Shown: piece by piece, positions 18,769 through 28,842 of the stretch | Position numbering within the stretch: position 1 is the first letter of the stretch | Layout of the letters: each line of letters starts with the position of its first letter | Assembly (NCBI RefSeq): GCF_020885515.1 | Contig: NZ_AP024987.1 | Coordinates: 540,001-572,000 of the forward strand | DNA from: a cyanobacterium endosymbiont of Braarudosphaera bigelowii | Lineage (GTDB): Bacteria; Cyanobacteriota; Cyanobacteriia; Cyanobacteriales; Microcystaceae | Direction: 5' to 3' | Length of the DNA stretch: 32,000 nt | Notes under the pieces: model-generated | What the model was told of the DNA's origin: nothing | Seen by the model: the letters and a program-made list of their open reading frames with translations, nothing else | Database searches by the model: none | Program-made: the position numbers and the translations under genes

Positions 18769-20277
18769 ATGAGCAGGAATTTAAGAGAATTTATAAAAGA
18801 AGTTGAACAAAGAGGACAACTAAAACGTATTAAAAGCCTAGTAGACCCTAACTTAGAAATTGCAGAAATTTCTAATAGACTTTTACAAGTAGGAGGGCCA
18901 GCCTTATTCTTTGAGAATGTTAAGGAATCTAATTTTCCCTTGGTTGTTAATTTATTAGGAACTGTAGAACGTGTATGTTGGGCATTAAAAGTAGAAAAGC
19001 CTGAGGAATTAGAAATTCTAGGAAAGAAGTTGGCAATGTTACAGCAACCTAAACCGCCGAAAAATATTTCTCAGGCAATCGACTTTGGAAAAGTACTTTT
19101 TGATGTTATTAAAGCAAAATCTAGTAATAGTTTTTTTCCTCCCTGCCAGCAATTTGTTCTTACAGATGAAAAGGTTGACCTTTCAATTCTTCCTCTGATA
19201 CGTCCCTACCCAAAAGATGCAGGAAAAATAATTACTTTAGGACTAGTTATAACAAAAGACTGTGAAACTGGTACTTCCAATGTCGGTGTTTATCGTTTGC
19301 AGTTACAATCGAAAAATACAATGACAGTACATTGGTTATCAGTGAGAGGAGGAGCTAGACATCTTAGGAAAGCAAAAGAAGCAGGAAAAAAATTAGAAAT
19401 TGCTATAGCCTTAGGGGTTGATCCTTTGATTATTATGGCAGCTGCGACTCCAATTCCAGTAGATCTTTCAGAATGGTTATTTGCTGGATTATATGGAGGT
19501 TCAGGAGTTTCTCTTACAAAATGTAAAACTTTAAATTTAGAAGTTCCAGCTGAAGCTGAATTTATTCTAGAAGGCACAATCAACCCTGGTGAAGTAATGG
19601 TTGATGGTCCTTTTGGAGATCATATGGGCTATTACGGAGGAGAAGAAGATTCCCCCTTAATACATTTTCACTGTATGACACATCGTAAAAAGCCAATCTA
19701 TTTGACGACTTTTAGTGGCCGTCCTCCTAAAGAAGAAGCTATGATAGCTATAGCTTTGAATAGAATTTATACACCTATTCTAAGACAACAAATTACGGAA
19801 ATTAAAGATTTCTTCCTTCCTATGGAAGCTTTAAGTTACAAGGTCGCTATTATTTCTATCAAAAAAGCTTATCCCGGCCATGCTCGCCGTGCTGCTCTGG
19901 CTTTCTGGAGTGCCTTGCCTCAGTTTACTTATACTAAATTTGTAGTTGTGGTCGATGATAGTATAAATATTCGTGATCCACGACAAGTAATGTGGGCTAT
20001 TAGTTCTAAGACTGATCCATCAAGAGATGTTTTCATCTTAGCAGATACTCCTTTTGATACATTAGATTTTGCTAGTGAAAAGATTGGACTAGGTGGAAGA
20101 ATGGGAATCGATGCTACTACCAAAATTTATCCCGAAACTAATCATGAATGGGGAGAACCTTTAGAATCCGATACTAATACTGCTAATCTTGTCAATCAAC
20201 GTTGGTCAGAATATGGACTGGCTGATATCGCTCTAAAAGAAGTAAATGCTAATTTGTTTGGTTACGATATTCTGTAA
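18769..20277 (+). CDS. ubiD: UbiD-family (prenylated-FMN dependent) aromatic decarboxylase, probable prenylquinone biosynthesis
   Basis: 502 aa. It has the UbiD hallmarks VHWLSVRGGARH and GPFGDHMGYY, and full-length architecture. Confidence 0.85.
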   Translation: MSRNLREFIKEVEQRGQLKRIKSLVDPNLEIAEISNRLLQVGGPALFFENVKESNFPLVVNLLGTVERVCWALKVEKPEELEILGKKLAMLQQPKPPKNISQAIDFGKVLFDVIKAKSSNSFFPPCQQFVLTDEKVDLSILPLIRPYPKDAGKIITLGLVITKDCETGTSNVGVYRLQLQSKNTMTVHWLSVRGGARHLRKAKEAGKKLEIAIALGVDPLIIMAAATPIPVDLSEWLFAGLYGGSGVSLTKCKTLNLEVPAEAEFILEGTINPGEVMVDGPFGDHMGYYGGEEDSPLIHFHCMTHRKKPIYLTTFSGRPPKEEAMIAIALNRIYTPILRQQITEIKDFFLPMEALSYKVAIISIKKAYPGHARRAALAFWSALPQFTYTKFVVVVDDSINIRDPRQVMWAISSKTDPSRDVFILADTPFDTLDFASEKIGLGGRMGIDATTKIYPETNHEWGEPLESDTNTANLVNQRWSEYGLADIALKEVNANLFGYDIL

Positions 20278-20523
20278 CGGTAAATTTTTATCAGAACAAT
20301 AATAGAAAACTCGATAAAACTACTTAAAAGTATTTAAGAATTAATTTTTAGAATTTCATATTTTTTTAGTGATATATAGTTTCTCTTCAATACACTAACA
20401 TATAGGTATTGACTATACTTTTAAGCAGCTTGAGATTGCTATATGTTAAAATTTCTGAATATTTCACTGTTATTGAGGAGCTGCAAAATACTTCAATATC
20501 TAACCCATTATTAAGGAAATTTC

Positions 20524-22452
20524 ATGACAATAAAAAGTAATTATGGTGCAGAACAAATTCAAGTTCTCGAAGGATTAGAACCAGTAAGGAAGCGTCCAGG
20601 TATGTATATTGGGACTACTGGACCAAAAGGACTTCACCACCTTGTTTATGAAGTTGTAGATAATTCGATTGATGAGGCTTTAGCTGGCTACTGTACTCAT
20701 ATTGAAGTTGATATAAATTTTGATGGTTCTGTTACTGTTACGGATAACGGGCGAGGAATACCAACTGATATTCATCCTGCCACAGGTAAATCTGCCTTGG
20801 AAACAGTAATGACAGTTCTCCATGCAGGAGGTAAATTTGGAGGTGGTGGATATAAAGTTTCGGGGGGACTTCATGGAGTTGGAATTTCTGTTGTTAATGC
20901 TTTATCAGAATGGCTAATTATTAATGTTTGGCGAGATAATAATATATATACGCAGCGCTATGAATGTGGGGCTGCTGTTAGTGAACTAGAAAAAAAACCT
21001 AATTTTGAACATTCAAATGGTACATCAGTTTCTTTCCTTCCTGACAAACAAATTTTTACATCTGATATGAATTTTGACTATATTACTTTATCAGGAAGAT
21101 TAAGAGAGTTGGCATATCTTAACTCTCAAGTAAAAATTACATTTACTGACTACCGAAAAAAAGAACCTCATATTGAAACTTATTTTTATGAGGGAGGAAT
21201 TAAGGAATATGTTGCTTATATGTGTAGAGATAAGGAACCCTTACACAAGGACATCATCTATATCTGTGGAGAGAAAAAAGGTGTTCAAGTTGAAGCTGCG
21301 TTACTCTGGTGCGTAGATGCATATAGTGATAGTTTATTAGGTTTTGCAAATAACATCAGAACTGTTGATGGTGGTACACACTTAGAAGGGCTTAAAACAG
21401 TTCTAACCAGAACAATGAATAATATTGCTAGGAAACGAAATAAAATAAAAGAAAATGAATCTAATTTGGGTGGTGAAAATGTTCGAGAAGGCTTAACAGG
21501 TATTGTTTCTGTTAAGGTTCCAGAACCAGAATTTGAGGGACAAACAAAAACAAAACTTGGTAATACAGAAGTTAGAGGTATTGTAGATTTATTGGTAGGA
21601 GAAGTCTTAGGAGAATATTTAGAGTTTCATCCTCATGTGGCTGATAATATCATAGAGAAAGCTGTTCAATCTCTTAAAGCAGCAGAAGCAGCAAGAAGAG
21701 CTAGAGATCTTGTACGTCGCAAGTCTGTTTTGGAATCTTCTCCTTTACCTGGGAAATTAGCAGATTGTAGTACAAGAGATCCTGCAGAAGCAGAGATTTT
21801 CTTGGTAGAGGGAGATTCAGCAGGAGGTTCTGCTAAACAAGGAAGGGATAGACGTTTTCAAGCAATCTTGCCTCTTAGAGGAAAAATTATTAATATTGAG
21901 AAGACTGATGATGCAAAGATATATAAAAATAATGAAATCCAATCTTTGATCACTGCTTTAGGCTTAGGGATTAAAGGGGAGGAATTTGATTCATCACAAT
22001 TACGCTACCACAGAATTGTAATTATGACGGATGCAGACGTTGATGGAGCACATATTCGTACTTTGTTATTAACTTTTTTCTATCGTTATCAGCGATTATT
22101 AATAGAAAAAGGTTATGTATATATTGCTTGTCCTCCTTTGTATAAGATAGAAAGAGGGCGTAATCATTCTTACTGTTATAATGAACAACAATTACAAGAC
22201 CATCTCACAACCTTACCTACGAATGCTAAGTATACTATTCAGCGATTTAAAGGTTTAGGCGAAATGATGCCTGTACAGCTATGGAATACAACTATGAATC
22301 CTGAGACACGTAGTATGAAAAAAGTAGAAATTGAGGATGTTGTTGAAGCAGATCGTATTTTTACAATTTTGATGGGTGATCGAGTTGCACCTAGACGACA
22401 GTTTATTGAAAACTATGGATCTAAATTGAATTTGACAGATCTCGATATATAA
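20524..22452 (+). CDS. gyrB: DNA gyrase subunit B (no intein)
   Basis: 642 aa. It has a GHKL ATPase N-terminus ([30 protein letters not shown]), a Toprim domain ([40 protein letters not shown]) and a GyrB tail. Confidence 0.97.
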   Translation: MTIKSNYGAEQIQVLEGLEPVRKRPGMYIGTTGPKGLHHLVYEVVDNSIDEALAGYCTHIEVDINFDGSVTVTDNGRGIPTDIHPATGKSALETVMTVLHAGGKFGGGGYKVSGGLHGVGISVVNALSEWLIINVWRDNNIYTQRYECGAAVSELEKKPNFEHSNGTSVSFLPDKQIFTSDMNFDYITLSGRLRELAYLNSQVKITFTDYRKKEPHIETYFYEGGIKEYVAYMCRDKEPLHKDIIYICGEKKGVQVEAALLWCVDAYSDSLLGFANNIRTVDGGTHLEGLKTVLTRTMNNIARKRNKIKENESNLGGENVREGLTGIVSVKVPEPEFEGQTKTKLGNTEVRGIVDLLVGEVLGEYLEFHPHVADNIIEKAVQSLKAAEAARRARDLVRRKSVLESSPLPGKLADCSTRDPAEAEIFLVEGDSAGGSAKQGRDRRFQAILPLRGKIINIEKTDDAKIYKNNEIQSLITALGLGIKGEEFDSSQLRYHRIVIMTDADVDGAHIRTLLLTFFYRYQRLLIEKGYVYIACPPLYKIERGRNHSYCYNEQQLQDHLTTLPTNAKYTIQRFKGLGEMMPVQLWNTTMNPETRSMKKVEIEDVVEADRIFTILMGDRVAPRRQFIENYGSKLNLTDLDI

Positions 22453-22892
22453 GAATTGCATTCCAATATTACGATCTAAATTAATTATTTGAGTAGTATT
22501 TTTCCTATGTAATAGGAAGCCAAATAGTCAATCATAAACTCCTTATAATAAGGGTTAATAAATGTGTGGCATATATGTATTTAATACAACCATAGTTAAT
22601 GTTTCAAATGTAGCCTTTAACTGAAAAATATTTAATTAAAGAGAAATAAGTTATTCGTTAAATAGCTAAATTATTGATTACTAATGTTCATTAGTACAAA
22701 AATTGAATACTTTATGTAAATCACCAATGTTATTTATTGTTAGTTATTTTACATATACTATCTATTTGTTAAATGGATAAGCTAATTTATTTAATTTTAT
22801 TCGTAATACACATCTATCATTTCTAAACAATGTCTACATATACTTAGATGGTTACTACAGGTTACTTTTGGAACGGACTTGTATATTATTAT

Positions 22893-23657
22893 TCATATTG
22901 AAGAATTTAATGTTTTTTGTAATTTAATAACATTTCCAACAATAGCTATTGCTGGAGCTTGAAAACCTTTTTGTTTGACTTGTTCGATCACTAATCCTAA
23001 TGTACTCACTAATTGTTCTTGTTCCAACAAAGTTCCCCAACGTATTAGAGCAATTGGTGTTTTAGATATTAATCCTTCTAATAATAGCTGGGTTACAATA
23101 TTTGCTAAGTTATGGATTCCCATATAAATAACAATAGTTTCTGCACCATTAGCAACTGCCGACCAATTAACTCCGGAACGATATTTACCTACTGCTTCAT
23201 GCCCAGTTACAAATGTTACAGAAGAACTATATCTTCGATGAGTAATTGGAATTCCTGCATATGCAGGAGCTGCGATTCCTGAAGTAATACCAGGAACAAT
23301 TTCTACTGAAATTCCAGAATTGATAAGATCTTCCATTTCTTCTCCTCCTCTGCCAAAGACAAATGGGTCTCCACCTTTTAGTCTTACTACTACAGAATAT
23401 CTTTTTGCCTGTTCTATCAAAATTTTAGTAGTTTCTATTTGTAGCTTAGAATGATTACCTCTACGTTTTCCTACATTAATTTTAATAGCATCATTATTTA
23501 TCATACTAAGAATTTCAGAGCTGATCAGAGCATCATAAACTACTACATCAGCATGCTCTAATAAATTTTTACCTTTGATGGTCATTAAATTAGGATCACC
23601 TGGACCTGAACCTACTAAATAAACCTTATTTATATGCATTTTTGATATTTTTTTCAT
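22893..23657 (-). CDS. cobA: Uroporphyrinogen-III C-methyltransferase (SUMT)
   Basis: It has VYLVGSGPGDPNLMTIKG, RLKGGDPFVFGRGGEE and GITSGIAAPAYAGIP motifs. Its ATG shares one base with the upstream cbiX-like stop (TAATG). Confidence 0.85.
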   Translation of the reverse strand: MKKISKMHINKVYLVGSGPGDPNLMTIKGKNLLEHADVVVYDALISSEILSMINNDAIKINVGKRRGNHSKLQIETTKILIEQAKRYSVVVRLKGGDPFVFGRGGEEMEDLINSGISVEIVPGITSGIAAPAYAGIPITHRRYSSSVTFVTGHEAVGKYRSGVNWSAVANGAETIVIYMGIHNLANIVTQLLLEGLISKTPIALIRWGTLLEQEQLVSTLGLVIEQVKQKGFQAPAIAIVGNVIKLQKTLNSSI

Positions 23658-24433
23658 TACTTTACTATTTCATCTACAATTAACTTAACAAGTTCAAAAG
23701 TTTCTCCTATTGGATATCCTAAATTAATCTGAATTCCAGGCAAATCGCTTTGTATCTTTTGAATTTGTTGAGTAATAATGTTTGTAATTTTTCCTCTAAA
23801 AAGAAAATAGGGAATAATGGTAATTTTTACTTTATTTTGCTTTAGTAATATGTTAATTTGATCAGATAAATTGGGTTTTATTCCCCAATAAGCTGTTGTC
23901 GCATTCAATCTATTGGCAATACCTTCGATGGTATTGTTACCATCTTGAAAATTGCTACCATGAGAAATAATAATTCTAGCATTCATTTGAGAACATATTA
24001 AAAACTGATCGGATAAAATATTTACTAAGCCTTTATAGTTACCCAAGTGAGAACATAATTCTAAGTTCATAAAATTACCTATTTTTCTTTGAGCTATACT
24101 AACTTCTAGTGGAATATCTTGTTTAACATGAATTCCAGGAAATAAAAACATTGGAATAATTTTCAGATTCTTAATTCCGTAACTTTTTATTTTTGAAGCA
24201 AATTGCTGAATTTTTTTAGCTAGAGAAATTTGTGATAATTCTAAAGTTGCTGTTTCAACAATAACTATCTGAGGGATAGTGGGATAATAGCTTATTGAAG
24301 TCTTATATAGAACTTTGGTATGGAGACAATTTAGTTGCCAGGATATTAGATAAGATAATCTTTTCAGAGAAGTTTTATATTGTAAGTTATGGCTACCATG
24401 AACAACGAGAAGATAGGCAGATGTAGAAATCAA
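23657..24433 (-). CDS. cbiX: CbiX-type sirohydrochlorin chelatase-like protein (two-domain form)
   Basis: Two repeated halves each carry an HGS motif (LLVVHGSHN; IIISHGSNF) and a FLFxG motif (MFLFPG; YFLFRG). The start must be non-ATG (TTG at 24433). Metal specificity (Fe or Co) is not inferable. Confidence 0.6.
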   Translation of the reverse strand: MISTSAYLLVVHGSHNLQYKTSLKRLSYLISWQLNCLHTKVLYKTSISYYPTIPQIVIVETATLELSQISLAKKIQQFASKIKSYGIKNLKIIPMFLFPGIHVKQDIPLEVSIAQRKIGNFMNLELCSHLGNYKGLVNILSDQFLICSQMNARIIISHGSNFQDGNNTIEGIANRLNATTAYWGIKPNLSDQINILLKQNKVKITIIPYFLFRGKITNIITQQIQKIQSDLPGIQINLGYPIGETFELVKLIVDEIVK

Positions 24434-24813
24434 AATATTTGGAATATATACTTACTATGTTATGAAGCAAATCTAAGAAGTTGTAAATAAAAACTAATTT
24501 AAAATAATAAACTAAAGTCTATTTTTTAAAGAAAATCACATATCATATAAAAAGGAAGAATAGTATTGATTTTTGTCTGTTAATTCTTCTAAAAATTATT
24601 AACGCTTGTATACATTTTGTTAATATTTTTTAAATAACTATCTATTAATATATAGTCAATTAAATTTTTATTTGATAAAAAGTTTATCTAAAAATTAGAA
24701 AAAGTATATTATTTAATAATCATATAAACAAGCCTCTTTCTTGACCCCTAATATTTTTATTAGATGATAAGGTAAGAATGCTTCTCTATTTTTTCTAGTC
24801 TTTATACAAAATA

Positions 24814-25422
24814 ATGTCTGATATAGATTCTTCTGTTGAATTGAAACCAATTATATTAGATGCCCTGCCAGATTTTATAATTTCTGGACATCATTGTTCT
24901 ACTCATATTCAAAAGCATATAGATCTCATCTTACTTGCTCTTGAAGCGCTAGACTTAGGGACATCAGAACAAATGTTGACAACAATAAAGCTTTTCAATC
25001 TACAAAAAATTATTAAAAATCGTATTGTACTCTGGCGCTTACGTTCTACTAATCCTTGGAGACGTGCTTATAATCGTAGTGTTTTATCTATTGAGCAAGC
25101 AAAAGCATTAATCATAATTACAAATCATCATGTTAAACCTTTAACTTCAGAAATTCGACAATTATTGTTAGCCGAACAACAAATGAGTGAAAATAATTTG
25201 CCAGTAACTTGTCATTTTCTTTTAGCTGAATACTTAGATCAATTTCGTGCTCATTTTCATAGTCGTATGAATCCTAGTCGTACCAAAGTTTCTTTATATT
25301 TAGGTTCAGAGCAAAAATTAAATGAATTAGCCTTAATGCTGCTTAAAAAACTATTATTTTGCACAGGAACTTCTGGAATGCAACGTTTATGGGTTAGCTT
25401 ATTTGATGGAGAAGTCATATGA
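24814..25422 (+). CDS. Conserved cyanobacterial protein of unknown function (DUF3038-like, from memory)
   Basis: 202 aa, predicted soluble and helical. No catalytic motif is recognised. The stop overlaps the next gene's start (ATGA). Confidence 0.6.
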   Translation: MSDIDSSVELKPIILDALPDFIISGHHCSTHIQKHIDLILLALEALDLGTSEQMLTTIKLFNLQKIIKNRIVLWRLRSTNPWRRAYNRSVLSIEQAKALIIITNHHVKPLTSEIRQLLLAEQQMSENNLPVTCHFLLAEYLDQFRAHFHSRMNPSRTKVSLYLGSEQKLNELALMLLKKLLFCTGTSGMQRLWVSLFDGEVI

Positions 25423-26054
25423 ATATTAGACGGTGTTATAGTTTGCCTAATTGCACTTTAGTATTAGAGGGCCTGAATAATAAAATCTCTTCCCATGAAA
25501 CTCACCAAATATTATCCACATTAGTAAATGCTGAGTGTAAATTTCTAGGTATTCCTCAAAAATTAGAAGGTGGGCATATCTTTTTCGAAAATCTTGTTAA
25601 GGTTACTAGCGAATATGTTCAAGCTTATTTAAGTGGAATTCCTCATCCTTTACCTTCTCTAACAGAAAAAAATATGGTTAATATTGAGAAGCTTTCTGAA
25701 GGAGATCTTCATTCTTTAACCTGGAGTCCATCTGTTGAAAATAAAGATGTTGTCATGATTGTACTAACAACAGTTCAGTTATTTGATTTAGTAGAGGCAA
25801 TTGATCAATTTTTTGCTGATAATCACACTTTGCCTAATTTTAATTTAGAACTAAAACCAATATCTAATCGTTATCACCACTCTGATGAATCCTTTACAGA
25901 ATTAGCAATTCCCATCACCATAGCAGTTACTAGCTTAAGTTTTATATCCTTATTGTTGTCCTTTATACCTGTCCCAGAAATTGTTGAACCAAAACCTAAT
26001 TTATCTCCGGTATCTGTAGAAACCTCCCTTTACTCTACTCATAAACAAAAGTAA
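25419..26054 (+). CDS. Conserved cyanobacterial protein of unknown function (DUF4335-like, from memory), C-terminally membrane anchored
   Basis: 211 aa. The N-terminal YSLPNCTLVLEGL motif matches my memory of DUF4335. There is a single hydrophobic segment near the C-terminus (LAIPITIAVTSLSFISLLLSFIPV). Confidence 0.6.
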   Translation: MNIRRCYSLPNCTLVLEGLNNKISSHETHQILSTLVNAECKFLGIPQKLEGGHIFFENLVKVTSEYVQAYLSGIPHPLPSLTEKNMVNIEKLSEGDLHSLTWSPSVENKDVVMIVLTTVQLFDLVEAIDQFFADNHTLPNFNLELKPISNRYHHSDESFTELAIPITIAVTSLSFISLLLSFIPVPEIVEPKPNLSPVSVETSLYSTHKQK

Positions 26055-26113
26055 AAAATTTTCCTAAATATTGTTTTACATTTTTGTTAATCATATGACA
26101 TTATTTTATTGGT

Positions 26114-27256
26114 TCAAAATTGGAAAACTTTACCTCCCTCAACTTTTATAATTTGCGAAGATTTCAACCATTCTGTATCAAAATTAGGCAAATGAGTAGT
26201 TGTAATAAGTGTTTGAAATCTTCCTTGAATAACTTCTAGTAATTGTCTTTGTCGATTATGATCTAATTCGGCCAAGACATCATCAAGTAGTAACAATGGA
26301 GGTTCTCCAATAACATCTTCAATTAACTGAAGTTCTGCTAGTTTAATAGCTAAAACTAAAGTTCTTTGCTGTCCTTGAGAACTATAAAATTTTGCTTGTT
26401 TTTTATTTATATTAAATTCAACATCATCTCGATGAGGACCAACAACTGTGGTAGCATGATTTCTTTCAACAGCACTGCATTGTTCTATTTTTTCTAGAAA
26501 TCTTTGCTGTATAGTCTGATGATCCTCATTTTTAATATTGATATTAGACAGATAATTGATCTCTAGTAATTCTGCTTTTCCACTAATGCTTTTGTGCCAT
26601 CTTTGCGCCAAAGGAACCAATCTTTGTATTACGCGGTTTCGTCTTCTAGTAATTCTTGTTCCTGTTTCTGAAAGTTGTTCATCCCACAATTGCAGTTGAG
26701 ATACTGCACCTAGTAAATCATCAGAATCTTTTTGATCGTTGAATTGCCCCCTAATTATTTTAAGAAAAGAATTTCTTTGCTTCAAAATTTTATGATATTG
26801 ATTAATAATATGAGCATAAATAGGTTCTAATTGAATCAAAAGTGTATCTAGCCAAGTACGACGAATTTCTGGTGATCCTCTTACTAAATCTAAATCTAAG
26901 CAAGAAAATTCTACTGCATTAATATGACCTAAAAAGTCAAGATGGCGATGTAATCTTTCATGGTTCAACATTAAAGTACGTTTGCCACTTGATCGAAATG
27001 TAATACTTAATTCAGACTGTCCATAAATTCTCTCAATATTGGCTATTATTTGGCTACTTTTCTCACCCTCTGATATTAAATCTTGATCTCGTCTTGTACG
27101 ATGACTTTTTAAGGTAGCTAACAATTCTATTGCTTCCAATAGATTAGATTTTCCTTGAGCGTTATTCCCTAATAAAATTGTTTTTTGAGACTGCAAGCTA
27201 ACTGACTGTTTATAATAATTTCGAAAAGTATACAAATTAATATTTTTTAAGTACAT
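26114..27256 (-). CDS. recF: DNA replication and repair protein RecF
   Basis: 380 aa. It has Walker A GNNAQGKSNLLEAI, the signature SQGQQRTL and Walker B LLLLDDVLAELD. Confidence 0.9.
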   Translation of the reverse strand: MYLKNINLYTFRNYYKQSVSLQSQKTILLGNNAQGKSNLLEAIELLATLKSHRTRRDQDLISEGEKSSQIIANIERIYGQSELSITFRSSGKRTLMLNHERLHRHLDFLGHINAVEFSCLDLDLVRGSPEIRRTWLDTLLIQLEPIYAHIINQYHKILKQRNSFLKIIRGQFNDQKDSDDLLGAVSQLQLWDEQLSETGTRITRRRNRVIQRLVPLAQRWHKSISGKAELLEINYLSNINIKNEDHQTIQQRFLEKIEQCSAVERNHATTVVGPHRDDVEFNINKKQAKFYSSQGQQRTLVLAIKLAELQLIEDVIGEPPLLLLDDVLAELDHNRQRQLLEVIQGRFQTLITTTHLPNFDTEWLKSSQIIKVEGGKVFQF

Positions 27257-27768
27257 TTTTATTCTTTGATTAGCATAATTGAAAATTTACTAGAAAATAA
27301 AGATAAGTCTGTACATTATAGATTAGATATTTTTTTCAGAAGCTAGATATTATGTAGTTTGGTAATTGCATTTTATCTAGAAGCAAATATACTTAGCTAT
27401 AGTTTTAATATTTTAAAAAGCTTATCAAACTATTTCTTAGAAAATATTTTTTACTTTTCATGTTGGACATTAAAAAGTCGAATTACTATTTTGTGGATAT
27501 ATAGTTGATTATATTTATTTACTAACTTTTTATAAATATAAATTATTAATAATTTAAAATAAACCCATTCTTTTTCTTAGTAAAATAAAGATAATGAATT
27601 TATATTATTTTCACTGAATTACTAATAAATAAAGAATAGTATATAGAAAAAAATCTACATATCATAATATGATAATTTAAGGGCACGCTACTTTTTTGTA
27701 GATAATATCCATTAAAAGAACAATTATTTAAAATAAACTTTATTCTTTAATTAAATAAGTGAAAATAG

Positions 27769-28647
27769 CTATTTTTCTATATCTAAAGAGTAAATTTGAC
27801 CATCTACAAAAATACGGGTTATTCCTTTGGCTTGTAAGTAAGAACAAGTTTTATATAGGAGACGACTATCAGGAATCTTAATGACTCTTTGAGAACGATT
27901 AGAAAATCTACGAGCAAAACGATGATTATCAAATACTGGTAAAGTTCTTTGTTGTATCTCACTAACTGGAATTTGTCCTAAATGAGCAAATTCTTTCAAT
28001 GGTCGTGCAATTAATTCTGCAGAACGGTCTATGACAAGATAACAAGTTTTTGGGAGTATTGCGTCAGAAAGAGGTAAAACACGAATATTGCCGTTAGTAG
28101 ATAAAGATTCGTCATAGTTTTTATCATCTTCGCTACTATCTTCATCTTCTTCATCCCAATCTTCATAATTACATTCAAGATCTTCTCCTAACATTTCCTC
28201 TAAAGTTACAACATCTAGATTTTCTAGTTCATCAGATTCTTCTTCTACAACCTCAGTTTTTTCTAAAGATAACAGTAGATTTGGAATATGTTTTACAGTT
28301 ATTGGTTTAGGCTTAGCCGACAGATCATTAGGTATATTCTCCGATAAAGATTCAGTTATACAAGTATTTCCATCATCTTTTTCAGATTCGGGAAATAATT
28401 TTGTAATTTTGTAATTACTTTTCTTTGTTTCTCCCGTATTATTTTGAATTTTACTAGTTCTTGCTAACCGTTTTTGTTGAATTAGTTCTTCATACTCTAT
28501 ATCTGATAAAGTATTTTTTAAAAAACGGCTAATAGTAGAGCTGCTTACACCGTAACGATGAGCTAAGGTAGAAGTAGTTTCTGCGGTTTGGCGATAAAGT
28601 TTAAGAATTTCTTGTTTATCATCATCGATTAATTTTTTAGGACTCAT
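27769..28647 (-). CDS. Helix-turn-helix protein with an acidic linker and a C-terminal domain of unknown function
   Basis: The N-terminus (KQEILKLYRQTAETTSTLAHRYGVSSSTISRFL) resembles resolvase/IS-type HTH motifs. The central Asp/Glu-rich stretch is YEDWDEEDEDSSEDD. The C-terminal ~100 aa are non-repetitive and basic (LPVFDNHRFARRFSNRSQRVIKIP). Confidence 0.7.
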   Translation of the reverse strand: MSPKKLIDDDKQEILKLYRQTAETTSTLAHRYGVSSSTISRFLKNTLSDIEYEELIQQKRLARTSKIQNNTGETKKSNYKITKLFPESEKDDGNTCITESLSENIPNDLSAKPKPITVKHIPNLLLSLEKTEVVEEESDELENLDVVTLEEMLGEDLECNYEDWDEEDEDSSEDDKNYDESLSTNGNIRVLPLSDAILPKTCYLVIDRSAELIARPLKEFAHLGQIPVSEIQQRTLPVFDNHRFARRFSNRSQRVIKIPDSRLLYKTCSYLQAKGITRIFVDGQIYSLDIEK

Positions 28648-28671
28648 GGTATTGTGCCTATCTTTGTCAGT

Positions 28672-28700
28672 TTGACTCTATACTAATATTTTTATAATAT
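28672..28700 (+). promoter_or_regulatory. Candidate sigma70-type promoter for carA
   Basis: It has TTGACT (28672-28677), a 17-nt spacer and TAATAT (28695-28700). An overlapping TATAAT at 28693-28698 would give a 15-nt spacer. Either would give a leader of about 135 nt. Chance matches are likely in AT-rich DNA. Confidence 0.3.
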
Positions 28701-28842
28701 TTGTTAAGATCGCCTCCTAGTAACCTAGGGATGAACATGTCTCGACAAATAGGCAAAATACTAGGATTGTACTAATTCTTTAATCTAGTTTATCGTCAAT
28801 TGCTAAGTTTCATCCTTTTTAAATATTAAAAACTTAATTATT

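Noticed and set aside
19290-22461. ORFs 19290..19583(-), 19929..20123(-), 20680..20874(-) and 22279..22461(-)
   Set aside because: They are antisense shadow ORFs within ubiD and gyrB.
24434-24813. Possible cobalamin riboswitch upstream of the cbiX-cobA pair
   Set aside because: The spacer is uniformly AT-rich. It lacks the GC-rich paired core or anything resembling the conserved B12-box.
25512-25520. Perfect DnaA box TTATCCACA, plus 8/9 matches at 27492-27500 and 9983-9991; recF and gyrB nearby suggested oriC
   Set aside because: The boxes are isolated, and two of the three lie inside coding sequence. A single 9-mer match is expected by chance at this composition. There is no cluster in any AT-rich spacer, and dnaA/dnaN are absent from the window.
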